Both the position numbers and the translations under genes were made by a program. From NCBI RefSeq assembly GCF_009914755.1, contig NC_060946.1: 64,000 nt of DNA, one strand, 5' to 3'. Source of the stretch: the human T2T-CHM13v2.0 reference genome, Homo sapiens. The notes below the pieces were generated by a model that ran no database searches, was not told the origin of the DNA, and saw only the letters and a list, made by a program, of their open reading frames with translations. Below, in pieces: positions 13,034 to 26,384 of the stretch (positions within the stretch are counted from its first letter, which is position 1; each line of letters starts with the position of its first letter).

Positions 13034-13310
13034 GGCTGGGCACAGTGGCTTACGCCTGTAATCCCAGCACTTTGGGAGGCTGAGGCGGGTGGATCACCTG
13101 AGGTCAGCAGTTTGAGACCAGCCTAGCCAACATGGTGAAACCCTGTCTCTACTAAAAAAACAAAAATTAGCTGGGCGCAGTGGCGGGTGCCTGTCATCCC
13201 AGCTAGTTGGGAGGCTAAGGAGGTTGCAGTGAGCCGAGATTGCACCATTGTACTCCAGCTGGGCGACAAGAGCAAAACTCTGTCTCAAAAAACAAAAACG
13301 AAACCAAAAA
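13034..13310 (+). mobile_element. AluSq/Sp-like with internal ~29-bp deletion
   Basis: gacaagagc diagnostic; TSD ggggaccgtg. Confidence 0.88.
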
Positions 13311-13683
13311 TGGGGGACCGTGTATCTTTGAGGGCAGCGTGCCCATGGTGGCTGGGATCAGCCAGCCACTCCCAAGGTGAACTGTGGAGGAGAGGTGCCC
13401 CACCCCTGCCAGCAGTGTCTCTTTGCTGCCAACTTGGACGGTCTTATTAAGGAAACTTGTAATTTCTGTATCAAAACCAAGGCTCAGAGAGCTTAAGGTC
13501 ACACAGCCAGCAAGAGGGAGCCAAGCTGGATGCTACCTCTGAAGATTGGTGCTTGGAAAGGAAATCTCTAGCATCAGAAGTGTAAGCCTTTAGTGATGGT
13601 GTAAACGATACCTTGAAGCTCGTTTGGAAGACCGAGACCAGGCCAGACAGGTCTTTCTGCTTCATTCAAGAGCCCCCAGTTCC

Positions 13684-13969
13684 AGCCGGGCACCATGGCT
13701 CAGCCTGTAATCCCAGCACTTTGGGAGGCCGAGGTGGGAGGATAGTTGAGACCAGGAGTTTGAGACCAGCCTGGGCAGCAGCATGGTGAAACCCTGTCTC
13801 TACTAAAAATACAAAAATTAGCTGGGCCTGATGGGGCATGCCTGTGGTCCCAGCTACTTGAGACGCTGGGGTGGGAGGATCACCCGAGCCTGGGAGGTCT
13901 AGACTGTAGTGGACTGTGATTGTGCCACTGCTCTCCAGCCTGGGTGACAGAGACTCTGTCTCAAAAAAA
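13684..13969 (+). mobile_element. AluJ
   Basis: Diverged Alu dimer. Confidence 0.87.
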
Positions 13970-15469
13970 GGGCCCGTCAGTTCCTCACTGTGGTATTTTA
14001 CAGGCAGTGAGAAGTCAGCCTTCTATCACCAGAGTGCGTGGAGCCTCTCCAGTCCAGGCACACTGCGGCTGTAACGAATCTGCCACTCTGAGGGCCTGCA
14101 GCCACCAAGGGCATGGCTGTTCCCAAGAAGCGCTCCGTGTTGATCTTCATCTCTGCTCACACTCCCTGCCCAGGGCGGGATGGATTCAGCATTCCTAGGG
14201 CTGCCTGGGCCGCTGCCCCAACTCCATCTCTCTTCCCTATTCCCCTGGGTCTGCCCAGCAGGCACTGACACACCCCTTGCCTCTCCTCAGTACAGACATT
14301 TCCTGGAGCCCCCTTACCTATAGGAGAAAGTTCAAATGCCCAGGCTTGTTGGTGGTCCTCCTGGGCCTTGTAGAAGGTGGCACCTGCCTGCTTCCCAGAA
14401 CAGCCCCTGCAGTCACTAACTTCCTACCCAAAAGTGGCCAAGGACAGAGCACAGGGTGGGCCACATTCTGGGGCCTTGGTCCCTGAGGAGGGGTCCTCAA
14501 GACCACCATGGTGGCAGCAGTAGAAGGAGCCCAAATCTGGGCCTTGTGAGCCCCCTGCCCTGAAGCTGGACTTCTAGATTGGTTTCACTTTTCTTCTTCC
14601 ATCCCACCTCCTCGTGCCACATCCTCTAGCCATGTGGCGGTGAAGTGTGTGATGGGGATGGTGTGATGGGGAGGGTGGGGGCAGCTCCCCTCCCTTGTGG
14701 GTTGCTGTGAAGAGTGGAGATGCTGGATGGGGCTCCTGGCAGGGCGCTCCACCTACTGACTGGCAGGTGGCCCCATCCCCCAGTCGGTGCCCGGCCACCA
14801 ATGGCTCTGTCACTTCCCTGGTTTGCTCTGCCCCCGGCAGGTTTGGTTCCGTTCCAGCGTAGACATAGTCTAATCTGGGTCGGTTTGCATCACCAGTGGC
14901 CTTAAATGCAAATACGAGATTTCCTTCTTTACCTTTTCAATCATTTTGATTTTATCTTATAGAAAAGACCGAAAGGCATAGCCTTAGTGGTTCACTGTGG
15001 TTGGAGGGGACTGGGATTGGGGTGGAGTTTTTTCCTGTCTCTTTCTATGGGTTCTTTTGAAACCAGATTCTCTCTCCACCCTGACCTTATCTGAGCCCCT
15101 GCTGGAAGCCTCTGACTAATGGATGTAAGTGGGGAGTGAAAGAAAATGGACAAGCAAACATTAGCCTGAACAAAGGCTAAGTTCTGTTTTTAACATTTGA
15201 GACGGGGGTGTCATGGGACGGGGGCTGGAAGGACCAGGGCTCTAGTGAGAGGCCATGGGTCTGAGCCCTGCTGTTTTACCCGGCATGTGGCCCAGGACAG
15301 CCCCTTAGCTTCTCAGAGACTTGGTCCCTCCCATATGAACTGGGGTAATTGCGTTTACCTCCAAACCTTGTTGGGGATCAAATGAAATAATGTGTGGAGA
15401 AAACACCTTCTAAAGGGGAAAACCAGTGTTTCACTAATAGCCATTGAGGATCTTTCCCCATTTAAAATA

Positions 15470-15896
15470 TATGTGAGATATCCATATGACAGAATAGCAT
15501 TCAGCATTAAAAAGGAGGGACATTCTGACACATCCCACGACCTTGGATGGACCTTGAGGATGTAATGCCTGTCACGGAAAGACAAATACTGGGAAATACA
15601 GACAAATAAAGACAAATACACGGAATACAAATACTCACTTAGATGAGGGGGTCTAGAGTGTCAAAGTCATACAGACAAGAAGTAGATGGGGTTACCAGGG
15701 GCTGGGCCAGGGGGAACAGAGAGTTAGTGTTTCACGGGTGCAGACTTTCAGTGGGGGAGGATGAGAAGGTTCTGCAGAGGGGTAGTGATGATGGCTGCAT
15801 ATCAATGGGAATGGACTTACTACCACAGAACTGCATGCTCACAACTGGTCACGACGGTAAATTCTATGTGAGGTATATTTTACCACAATAAAAAAA
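15470..15896 (+). mobile_element. L1MB-type 3' end
   Basis: cagcattaaaaaggagggacattctgacac...tatattttaccacaataaaaaaa. Confidence 0.75.
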
Positions 15897-17835
15897 TGTG
15901 TGACAGCCACTTTGGGAATGGAAAATGCAGGGATGGAAACATACACCTCATTCCAAAAAAAAAAAAATAAGTCTGTGTGTATGTGGATTTCCTTTATATA
16001 GATGACAAGTGAAATGCAGGGAAAAGAGAGGAAACAGAAGGGAAGGTGCCAGCCTGCAAGGCTGGGGTTTTTATAGCCTCCGAGTCAGTGTCCTTCACAT
16101 TGGAGAAAGGCTGATATTGCCTGTAACATTTTTAAAGGTCAAAACCAACTGGAACTTCAGCCCCATGCCTAAATGCATGAAAATAGCAAATTTAAAAATT
16201 AATTACAAGGGCTCTCCTGCTGACACCTGGGTGCCAGCTCTGTTGGTGCAGAGCCAAGAGGGACAGTCACTCTCAAAGATGCCACTGTTCTCAGGAAGCC
16301 CTTTCACTGTCTGCTTCTATTCTCGGGAGCCAGCTAAGCTCTGCTTTATGCCATTGTCCCTGGGCAACAATACGTTTTGAAATGAAAAATGTTCTAATTG
16401 GATACAAAGGAGACACTTTCCAGATTCCAAGCCCAGACGGGAATAAAGACTACTTAGAGGGCAGAAGGAAGAACAATTCAGCCAGGATGCTCAGGGAACC
16501 CTAAATCATCTTCAAACTTCCTGAGCTGTATGCTAACCTCTGAGACTCCGTGGCACAGGAGAGTAGCCAGCCCCGGACCCCGGGGGCGGAGCACTTAGGG
16601 AATGCCTGCCATAGAGAAGGCTTTGCACTTGTCCTCTGACTGAAGTTCCCCCACCGCCCTGTGCGTGGTTACCAGCCCCTCTGTTTTTCAGATGAGCAAT
16701 GCAATACTCCCAAAGGCTAAGATAGCTTGCCCTAGGTCAAGGTCATCAGCCTTAACAGTTAGAGCCTATGTGGCTTCAATCCTTGCTCTGCCTATGGTAA
16801 AGTCCTTTCCAACTTATTATAGTGCCAGCCTTTAGTCTAAGGAGCAAAAGACCTAGATTCTGTTCCAAGCTTGTGTCTAGGAGGCCTTGGGTTAAGCACT
16901 GACTCATTTTGAAAGTGGTGATAATTTCTGTACCCATGAGTATGGCTGGGTTTTGCTGCAGTAACACACATTCATGCTATACCCACTGCTGGCTAACTGG
17001 GGACCCTGCTCTGGGGGTCCTCCTTCTGGGACCTGGGCCACACCAGGGCAGGCAACAAGTGACTTGTAGCGGAAAGGCTTCAGCCGTATCCTTTAAGTGA
17101 CATGGCCATGCCTAACTTCCAGGGGGTGGGGAGCACCATTTCGCCTTGTCCCTGGGAGAAAGAGAACCAGGCACTCGTGCCTACGATGGGAGTTTCCCAG
17201 CTTGCTTCACTGGGTTGTTAGGATGGAGAGGGAATTGTGTATGATGTGCCTTGTGAGATATCAAGCCCTCTGCAGATGTAAATTACACACACGAAACACA
17301 AATGTAAATTACAAACATAAACCATGAATGTCTCATCATTGTTGTTGTCACTCCCATCTTCAACACCATTCCAAGAATCAGCCGTGGCCGTCGGACGCAT
17401 CCCCTTCCTGTCAGGACAAAAGACCCGGAGCAGACCCGCACTGTGGCTGTGCGGGCTGCACTGGGTTCCTGGTGCGCTGATTGTCTTTCCATTTTTCCTT
17501 CCTCTGCCAAGGTTTCTATCATTATCCAATCCCAAAGCCACAGAAGCACCAGAATTTTAGTAGACTTGGGCCCTAGAGCCTGATAGCAAGCCATCATGGT
17601 GCACAGCTACAGATGGAACGTGCTGGGTCTTTAAACTGTGACATGAACACTGTGGTTTTTATACCATTCCACGGGCCTCATCGCCCTGCAGGGTGGTTGG
17701 GAGGTTTCTGGGAACACATTCAAGGGTGGGGTGCCCATTTGATTGTTTCTGTTTTGCTGTCCCTGGCCCTGTGCCAAAGCTATACCATAGGTTGGCTACC
17801 ATGGCTTAAAAAAACATCTCTGAGAAAGATCCTGA

Positions 17836-18243
<408 letters not shown>

Positions 18244-18292
18244 TGATGACCTTGTCTCATCTTCCTCATGCTCCCCTCCACCCCACCCACCT

Positions 18293-18293
<1 letters not shown>

Positions 18294-18325
<32 letters not shown>
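18294..18325. repeat. (CA)n microsatellite
   Basis: Seen directly. Confidence 0.95.
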
Positions 18326-18327
<2 letters not shown>

Positions 18328-19389
18328 CTTAAGCTCTAGCTTCCTTCTCTCTGCATCTCTTCTCTGATAGGACGTGTAGATAATGAAGTTTCAGGAAGAC
18401 ACCCTTGGCTTCAGACAGACCCGAGTTCAATTCCTGATGCTCACTCTCGCTGGCTGGGTGATCTTGGGCCACTCCTAACCTCCCTGCACCTAGTTTCCTC
18501 ACCATAGCTGGGGAAGGCAGCACTTTACAGGTTCACAAATGGGCCAGGGGTGACCGTGCCCGCCTTCTGCCTCCTGCCCTCCCTCTCCTCTCCCGCTGGT
18601 AACCCTGGCTCAGGGCCTGCACCTGCCTGCCCTGGACTCTCCCAGCCCCCATGTGATGATGGAGCCCACCTGGGCCCGGCGTTGGGAGGCCTCACTCCAG
18701 TCTCCAGTCTTCAGGGCTCCAGGCCTGCCCTTCCGAATCCAGCTGAGCAGGAGGAAGACGGGTGCGGCTGAAGCCTAAAGGTCGAGGTGGAGACTTGGGA
18801 GGTGGTGGGGCTTTGGCAAATGGGCAGCCCAGGAGCAGTGTGGGTGGGACAAAGGGATCTCCAAAGCCCAGAAAGAACAGCTGCATCTGCCTAAAGAGAA
18901 GTCAGGGTAAGAATGAGAATTCCTTTATTATCACTTCTGACAATTTGGACTGGACTTCTTATCTGTGACTCTATTCAGAGGCTGGACCACGTGGGTCCAT
19001 GACTCATGGAACTGAATCTCCTCTGTATGGTGCCTCCCACAGTGTAGGTGCTTGGGAAACCCTAGTTCTGTCCCAAGTCCCCTGCCTGCTTGGATTCTCT
19101 GTTGCTTTCATGGCTTGGACCCACCTCCACATGGCCATAAGAGCAGCCCCTCGGGAGGGCTCTGGGCTGGGTGCACCCTCACTCCAGGTGTACCCTCACT
19201 CCAGGCTCACCCTCCAGCCATGCGGCTCTGCAGTCTCTGGCCCCCTTCCAGCCCTGGTGGAATCATTTGGCATTCTTGACCTGGTGCTTGGGCCAGCCTT
19301 GCAGCCTCTGCAGGGAGCCATTTCTGGCCACCGTAGGCCTGTCTCTCCCTCACCTCACCCAGCCTGCTCCCATCACTCCCTTTCCCAGA

Positions 19390-19862
19390 AGAGGCAGGAG
19401 AACAAGGGAATTAGGGTAACCAACGGTTAAGGCAGAAGCAAAAGAACAACAGGTGCAGCCAGTTCTAGGCAAGATTGGGCAGCACACAGGCCACACCCTC
19501 CCTCCTGTCATAACAAGGCAGAAGTTTCCACCTCAGCCTCTGATTGGCTGCAAGCGAAGTCTCCACTTCACCCTCTGATTGGTTGCAGGCCAATCCTTCA
19601 TAGGGTGTAACCAATTGGAGGACTCTAAAGGGCACCTAGGGGTGTTACCAAACATTTGCGACTTAATAAAACCCTAATAGTGGCTCTTGAGCCGCTTGCT
19701 CCAGCCTGCTCCTGCTCTGTGGGTTGTACTTTTGGGCTTTGATACATCTGTGCCTTCCTTACTCTGTTCTTTTGTTGCATTGTTTGTGTGTTTTGTTCAA
19801 TTCTTTGTTCAACATGCCAAGAACCTGGACAACTCACAGCCAAGACCTTCCATCTGGTAACA
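19390..19862 (+). mobile_element. ERV1 (MER4-group; MER61/MER51-like) solo LTR
   Basis: Starts (a)gaggcaggagaac and ends gttcaacatgccaagaacctggac...ctggtaaca; contains clustered CCAAT boxes. Confidence 0.78.
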
Positions 19863-21644
19863 AGAGAACTCGGGCAGGAAGGACTGTGCCCCACCCCACC
19901 TGAGGCTTGAGACACTTCCTAATGTTCCTGCTGGGCCCTGGCCCTGCTTGGCCCCAACTCCTTGTCCCCTCAGCTCTGCTTTCGCCGTCTCCAGGACATG
20001 GGATGCTAACAGAGGCCGTGGGTGAGGAGGAGCTCCTGAGCCAGGAAGGTGGCTGGCTTCACCGTCACCGGCCTGGTCCTCTGCGGAACAGACCTCAGAA
20101 GCGGACCCTCTTGAAGGCATGTTTGGAATAGGCCGATTCCTTTTGGGGTGGATGCTAATTCCTCCCAGTTTTGCTGGGGAGGGCCTGGCAGGCAAACTTC
20201 CATGCCTCCTTTGACCCAGAGCTGTTCTCCACCCACTAGCCAGTCAGGGGAAAGATCACCTGTAGGTCTCCACCTTCCTACAGCAGGCCTACATCTTCCT
20301 GCCTATTTCCCAACACCTCCCTGCAGAATCACAGAAATGGCAGAGTTGGAAGGGCCCACAGAGGGTCTGAGCCCACCCCTCACAGGCCCTCATGTACAGC
20401 AGGGTCCCTTCGCTCATGCCAAGCCAGGGCCAGCGTCTAGGTCTTTGGACTCCCAGCTAAAAGACAGAGGCTTCCTCCTGTCTCCCCACCACCTGTCTCT
20501 GCACAAGTGGCTCAGGGACTTGCTCTGAAGTGAGCCCGAATAGCAGACATGACTCAGCTGTAAGCTATAGTGACGGCTCCCTGCCCTTCCCGCCAGCCCC
20601 CTTAAGCCTCACGCTGAGACTGCCATCCTGGCTCTCAACAGTCCAGCCAGATCCACTTGTCCTTCAAGTGGGCACTGAATGCGTCTCCTTGCAGAACAGG
20701 TGTCTTCAAACCTCCCAGAGCTTTAAACACAAGGATCTTGCAGACTGAGGAAGGAGGGATGCTCACACCAGGAGAGGCAGCAGGGCCCTGCAGGACCCTG
20801 AGTCACACCTCCAGGTTTGGCTTTCTGTGGCATGCGTTCACTGGTGTATTTAAATCACTCTCTCCTTCTCTTCTGCAGGCAGGTATCACTGAAGTATGCA
20901 TATGGAGTTAGGTGTGCTTATGACGTGACTCAACTGTGTGTGGGTAGCAAGATCCATGTCCTCAAAGTGAAGGTCACCCTGAAACCCAGCCAAGGTCAGC
21001 ACCTGCCATGGTTTGGAGGCAGAGCTGAAGGCAATCAGTGTATAATGGATGGAATTAGTTGTAGCCCATTCCACACTGTGATTTGGAGAGAGCTTATTTG
21101 TAAAAGAGGCTTTTTCTCTAGGTTGTTAGAAAGCAGCCACTGTGCAATGTAATATAAAAACAGCTGTAATTTTGGAAATTGTAACATGTCACCAAGTGAT
21201 GCTGATGTCATGGAGTGAGAGAAGTTTCTAGGAGACAGGGAATTCAGAAGGAGAATGAGAAGGAGAGAATGGGTCAGAGCTTCAGAAGCCCCCTCTAGGG
21301 GATGGGCAGCTCTGTCTCTGGTGTGGCCATTGTCCCACCCTGATGGAATTCTTTCCCCAGCAGGTGTTTCCCAGATCTTTGGGATGCTCCAGGCACTGCG
21401 CTAGGTTCTGGTGACCTTGTCCTTAAAGGATTTATGTGCTAGAAAGGACAGCAAGAGACTAGAAAAGGGATGAAGTTCCCTGCCTGCTTCTCTGACGTCC
21501 TTCTGTGTGGCTCTGCCATGTGCTCGGGACTCCCCTGCCTAAGTGACTTTCTTAAACTCCTCCTGGTCTCCGACGTCCTTCTTTGTGGCTCTGCCATGTG
21601 CTCGGGACACCCCTGCCTGAGTGGCCTTCCTAAACTCGTCCTGG

Positions 21645-22312
21645 CCTCAGGGCCTTTGCACGCAGGATCCCCTTTCTGCCCAGGATGTTGTTACCTTTTA
21701 TCTTTTCAAGACTGGCTCCTCATCATGCAGATCTCAGCTCAAAGTTACCTATCTGGGGGAGTCTTTCTTGATTAGTCTTTATTTTTTTGAGACAGGGTCT
21801 CACTCTGTTGCCCAGGCTGCAGTGCAGTGGCATGATCACGATTCACTGCAGCCTTGACCTCCCGTCCTCAGGTGATCCTCCTGCCTCAGCCTCCTGAGTA
21901 TCTGGGACTATAGGCATGTACCACCAGGCCTGGATAATTTTTGTATTTTTTTTTTGTAAAGATAGGGTTTCTCCATGTTGCCCAGGCTGGGCTCAAACCC
22001 CTGAGCTCAAGCAATCCGTCTGCCTTGGCTCCCAAAGTGCTGGGATTACAGGCATGAGCCACTGTGCCTGGCTAGATTAGTTTTACTCCCTACCCTGTTT
22101 CTTATTAATTCTGTTTCATTTTCTTGACAGCTCTTACCACTCTCTGAAGTTCTTAGCTGTCTGTTGTCTGTTTCCCACTAACTGGAACGTGAGGTCCATG
22201 AGAATAGAGATCTTGCTTGTCTTGTTCTCTATTAGATCCTAAAAGCTAGCCTAGAATAGCCTAGAATAGTTCCTGGCACAGAGCAGGTGTGCAGTAAATA
22301 TTTGTTGATGAA
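21645..22312 (+). mobile_element. L2 3' region interrupted by AluJ (21781-22072, minus)
   Basis: cctcagggcctttgcac...cctggcacagagcagg..aaatatttgttgatgaat. Confidence 0.75.
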
Positions 22313-22516
22313 TAAAGTTCCACAAATGTCTATTGAGCACCCACTCTATGCCAGCCCCTGTGCTGGGCACTAGGAAATTGTAAGTCAATTTACAATGTAC
22401 TGTGCTGCCGGCCATATTTCATTTAATCTTTGTAAGTGCCTCATTAAGAGGGAACTGATATTCTTTCCATTTTGTGAACTAGAAAATGGAGACCAGCAGT
22501 ATCAATAACCTGTGAC

Positions 22517-22835
22517 TGTAGTTTATATTGCCAATTATTTTCTGCCCCAGTGACAGCAGGCTCGGCCACATGGCTCACTTTGGCCAAGAAAATAGGAGAG
22601 AAGCAACACTTGCAAGAAGTTGTAAAAGTTGTCGTGCGGTCCCGCCGGTGTTCTTTCTCCTCTGCCATGAGAACGTGGCCACTCCTTCAGCCCGGATCCC
22701 GGAAAGATGGAGATGTGTGAGTCAGAGCCTCATCCGACAGCAGCTGATGTTTACCCCGAGTGAGAAACAAACCGTGAGTGCTCTAAGCCGCTGGGGACCG
22801 GGCTTGCTCCCACACCATAACTTCGCAAAAGCTGA
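22517..22835 (+). mobile_element. Old MaLR LTR (MLT1-type)
   Basis: ggccacatggctcactttggccaa...tgagaaacaaacc..ctaagccgctg. Confidence 0.55.
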
Positions 22836-24361
22836 TGGAACGCATTGGCTTAAGGATTTTAAGAAGGGCATGCTTTCTGGGGGGCACATCTGTGGTTAGC
22901 TAGAGATGCCTTAAAGAGGTGGGAAGATGCCAGGCAGCAGTTCATAGTCCCTAAAACACTCACGTATTGTCCTGCTGAACTGGTGCCCCCCAGGTTTTCA
23001 GTCTGCCCGGCCCCCGCCGCCACCCCCCGCCACCACCCCCCGCCGCCCCAGTCTCCTCTTCCCATGGCTTTTGGCTTTTCTCGCTGGTCTCCCGTGCTCT
23101 TCCTGACTTTATCCTGTGCTCACCACTAGAGCAGGCATGTGGGAAAATCACTTGACCTTCAAACCTCAGTTTCCCCATCTGTAAGAGGGAGGCTGACAAT
23201 ACCTGTCTGGATTATATTTAGGATTAAGTGAGTTAACATGGGGAAGTGCTTAGCCCTCCACGGTGTGCACTGAATGGATGACTAAATAAACAAATGAATA
23301 GATCCTGGAGAGTCTGGAGCTAGAAGCTTCCCTGGCCCATGAAGCGGTCTTTGGGTCTGGGCTATTCCAATCCACACTCTTTGGGCTTGAGCCCCTCCAG
23401 AAAGGCTGATAAAGTGAGCGTTTCTGAACCTACAAAAGTGAGGTGGCGGTGACCCCAGCAAAGGGCAGCCCTCCCAACAAGCATCATTTTGAAGCAGGTG
23501 ACAGCCTCATCTGCCCTGAGGTGGGGGTTGGGAGGTGAGAGTCTGTTAGAGCCCCCGACCAGAGGGACGCCGCCCTGGCACAGCTGTTCTCTTCTGAGTG
23601 CTACTCCTTGGGAGGCAGGCTCCTGGAGCAGGGCAATTGATTTCTGTATGGCAGACACAAAGGCCCACGCAAGGTGGGACCTGGAGAGATGCTGCGACAG
23701 TCAGTCAGTTCCAGGCTGGGGTTTGGCCTATATCCTTTTCAAAGAAGGCAGCACATCAGCGACTTGGTACCCTTGGTGTATGCCAAAAAGCCAGGCACCG
23801 AAAGATGCTCCTCCTTGTCAATTAACGGAACCGCGAATTCAGCTGGAGGAGCATACACGTGCTGCGGAATCATCGAACAGTGTCAGGTCAACCTAAAATC
23901 CCAGGACTATGCAAGACGTGGGAATCATGGAGATGAGAGAAGGAGACTAATAATTTTTGAGCATCTTCTATGTCCAGGGCATCTTGTAAGCATGATTTCC
24001 TTTAATTCTCACAATAACCAGGCAAGGTGGGTATGATGACTTTCCGAGGCAGTCGAAGGAACAGAGGCCTGGAAAGGCTGAGTACGGTCTAGGGCCGCAG
24101 AGCCAGGAAGGGTCAGGGCCTGGGCTCAAACCAGGACGATCTGATCCCAGGAACTGTGCCTTCCAGAAGCAGGTGCCTCCCACACCTGTGTGTAGTTTCC
24201 TCATGGTGACAAGGCCACACAGAAGGGCTGGCCTTGGGTTACACCGAGTTCTGCTGGGATCAGAACTGGGCCAAGCCCAGTGAGTTCCCGGGGGAGGTGC
24301 CTGCTTTTGTTGAAGTGTGTGTTCACATCTGAGTAGAGGAGAGGCTGCCTGTGGGAAAAGG

Positions 24362-24816
24362 GTTACAGGTCAAACTGTGTTCCTCAGAAAAGATATGCTG
24401 GAGTCCCAACCCCAGGTGCCTCTGCATGTGACCTTATTTGGAAACAGGGTCTTTATAAGGGTAATAAAATGAAGATGTGGCCATGGGGTGAGCCCTAAGT
24501 CAATCTCCTCGTGCTGTTATCAAAGGGAAATTTGGAGGCAGAGACTGCCACGTGCTTAGGGAATGATGTGGAGAGGCACCGGGAGAAGGCTGCGGCCAGG
24601 CAGAGGACAGGCCAAGGCACGCCACGGACTGCCGCCACCAGGAGAGTGGCAACAGAAAGGGGGCCTGTGCTGCATTCTCCCTGACGCCCTCAGAGGGAAC
24701 TGAGCCTTCTGATGCCTGTATCCCAGGCTCCCAGAACTGGGAGACCATCAGCTTCTGGTATTTTAAGTCACCCAGTCTGTGGCTCCCTGTTAGGGCAGCC
24801 CCAGGGAACTAGTACA
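24362..24816 (+). mobile_element. MaLR LTR (MLT1B/C-like)
   Basis: atgtgaccttatttggaaacagggtcttt...gcagccccagggaactagtaca. Confidence 0.8.
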
Positions 24817-25626
24817 GGGGACATCGTGGTGCACTTGGTTCCCCTCTGCTGTTGGAACCCCTCATCTTGGTTCCCAGTGACGACAGCCCTCTTCCTCTGC
24901 AAAATCAGGGCCCTGTAGCAAACAGAACAGCTCAGCTTCTGGCCGAGGGCTTTGGTGATGTTTCTGGTAACACCAGTATTCGCACCGGAAGTCGCCCCCC
25001 GTCCCCCGCCTCTGCCCCCAAAGAGCTGTGGTAAAGATCGTGTTCTTATCGTATCACATTGTAAGTGCCGCTGTGTTGCCCAGGGTATAGATGAACACTC
25101 CGCAAGGCCTGGAGACCTGGGCATTCCTCCCGCAGAGAAATCACGGGAAAGACACGTGCTCACTCCCAACCCTGTCCCACTCCCAGGGTTATTTACAAAC
25201 TCTTTAACATTTGCAATTTTAAGGAATTAATTGATTGTCTATTAATATTGAAGCATCTGTGTTTATTTTTCCATGTGGTAATGATCACATGCTAAGAACG
25301 TGGCAAACACCGCTATGCTCTAATGGTAAACAGCGGAACAGCATCACCACAGACCGCAGCAGATTGGTCGCTGAAATTCACCCTCTTACCGACTGTCATT
25401 TAGGCATCTAGACGAAATCAGTGATAACCACCCTCCTGCTTCAGCTCATCTGCAGACTCTGAGGGGTCCTGGTTTTGTGTAACATCATTTCCAATAACTT
25501 TGACCTTCTTAGAGGAAGAAGCCAAGATTAATGAGCCACATGAAAACACTAATTTCTATATATTAGAGATGATGAAATATGTCGATGGCTTAAACAAAGC
25601 TAATCTATGAGATTAAGAATATAGAG

Positions 25627-26048
<422 letters not shown>

Positions 26049-26097
26049 CTAGGGGAGGGGGCTGGGGGCCGTATAACCAGCGGGAGAGGATGCCTCC

Positions 26098-26384
26098 TGT
26101 TATGGACTGAATGTGTCCCTCCCAAATTCAGATGTCAAAACTCTAACCTATAATGTGATGACATTAGGAGGTGGGGCCTTTGGGGGGTAATTAGGTCACG
26201 AGGGTGGGGCCCTCATGTGGGATTAGTGCCTTTATAAAGGAGACCCCAGAAAGCTCTCTCACCTTCTTTCCTGCCTCATGACGCTATAATGAGAAGTTTT
26301 CTAGAACTGTGAGGGCTACGTTTCTCTTGTCTGCAAGTCACCCAGCCAATGGCCTTTTGTTACAGCAGCGCAAATGACTAAGAC
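26098..26384 (+). mobile_element. MaLR LTR (MLT1A/MST-like), internally deleted
   Basis: tgttatggactgaatgtgtcc...gcagcgcaaatgactaagaca. Confidence 0.78.

Noticed and set aside
17430-17459. Short hairpin gcagacccgcac-tgtggct-gtgcgggctgc
   Set aside because: Stem too short for a pre-miRNA and no other ncRNA hallmarks.
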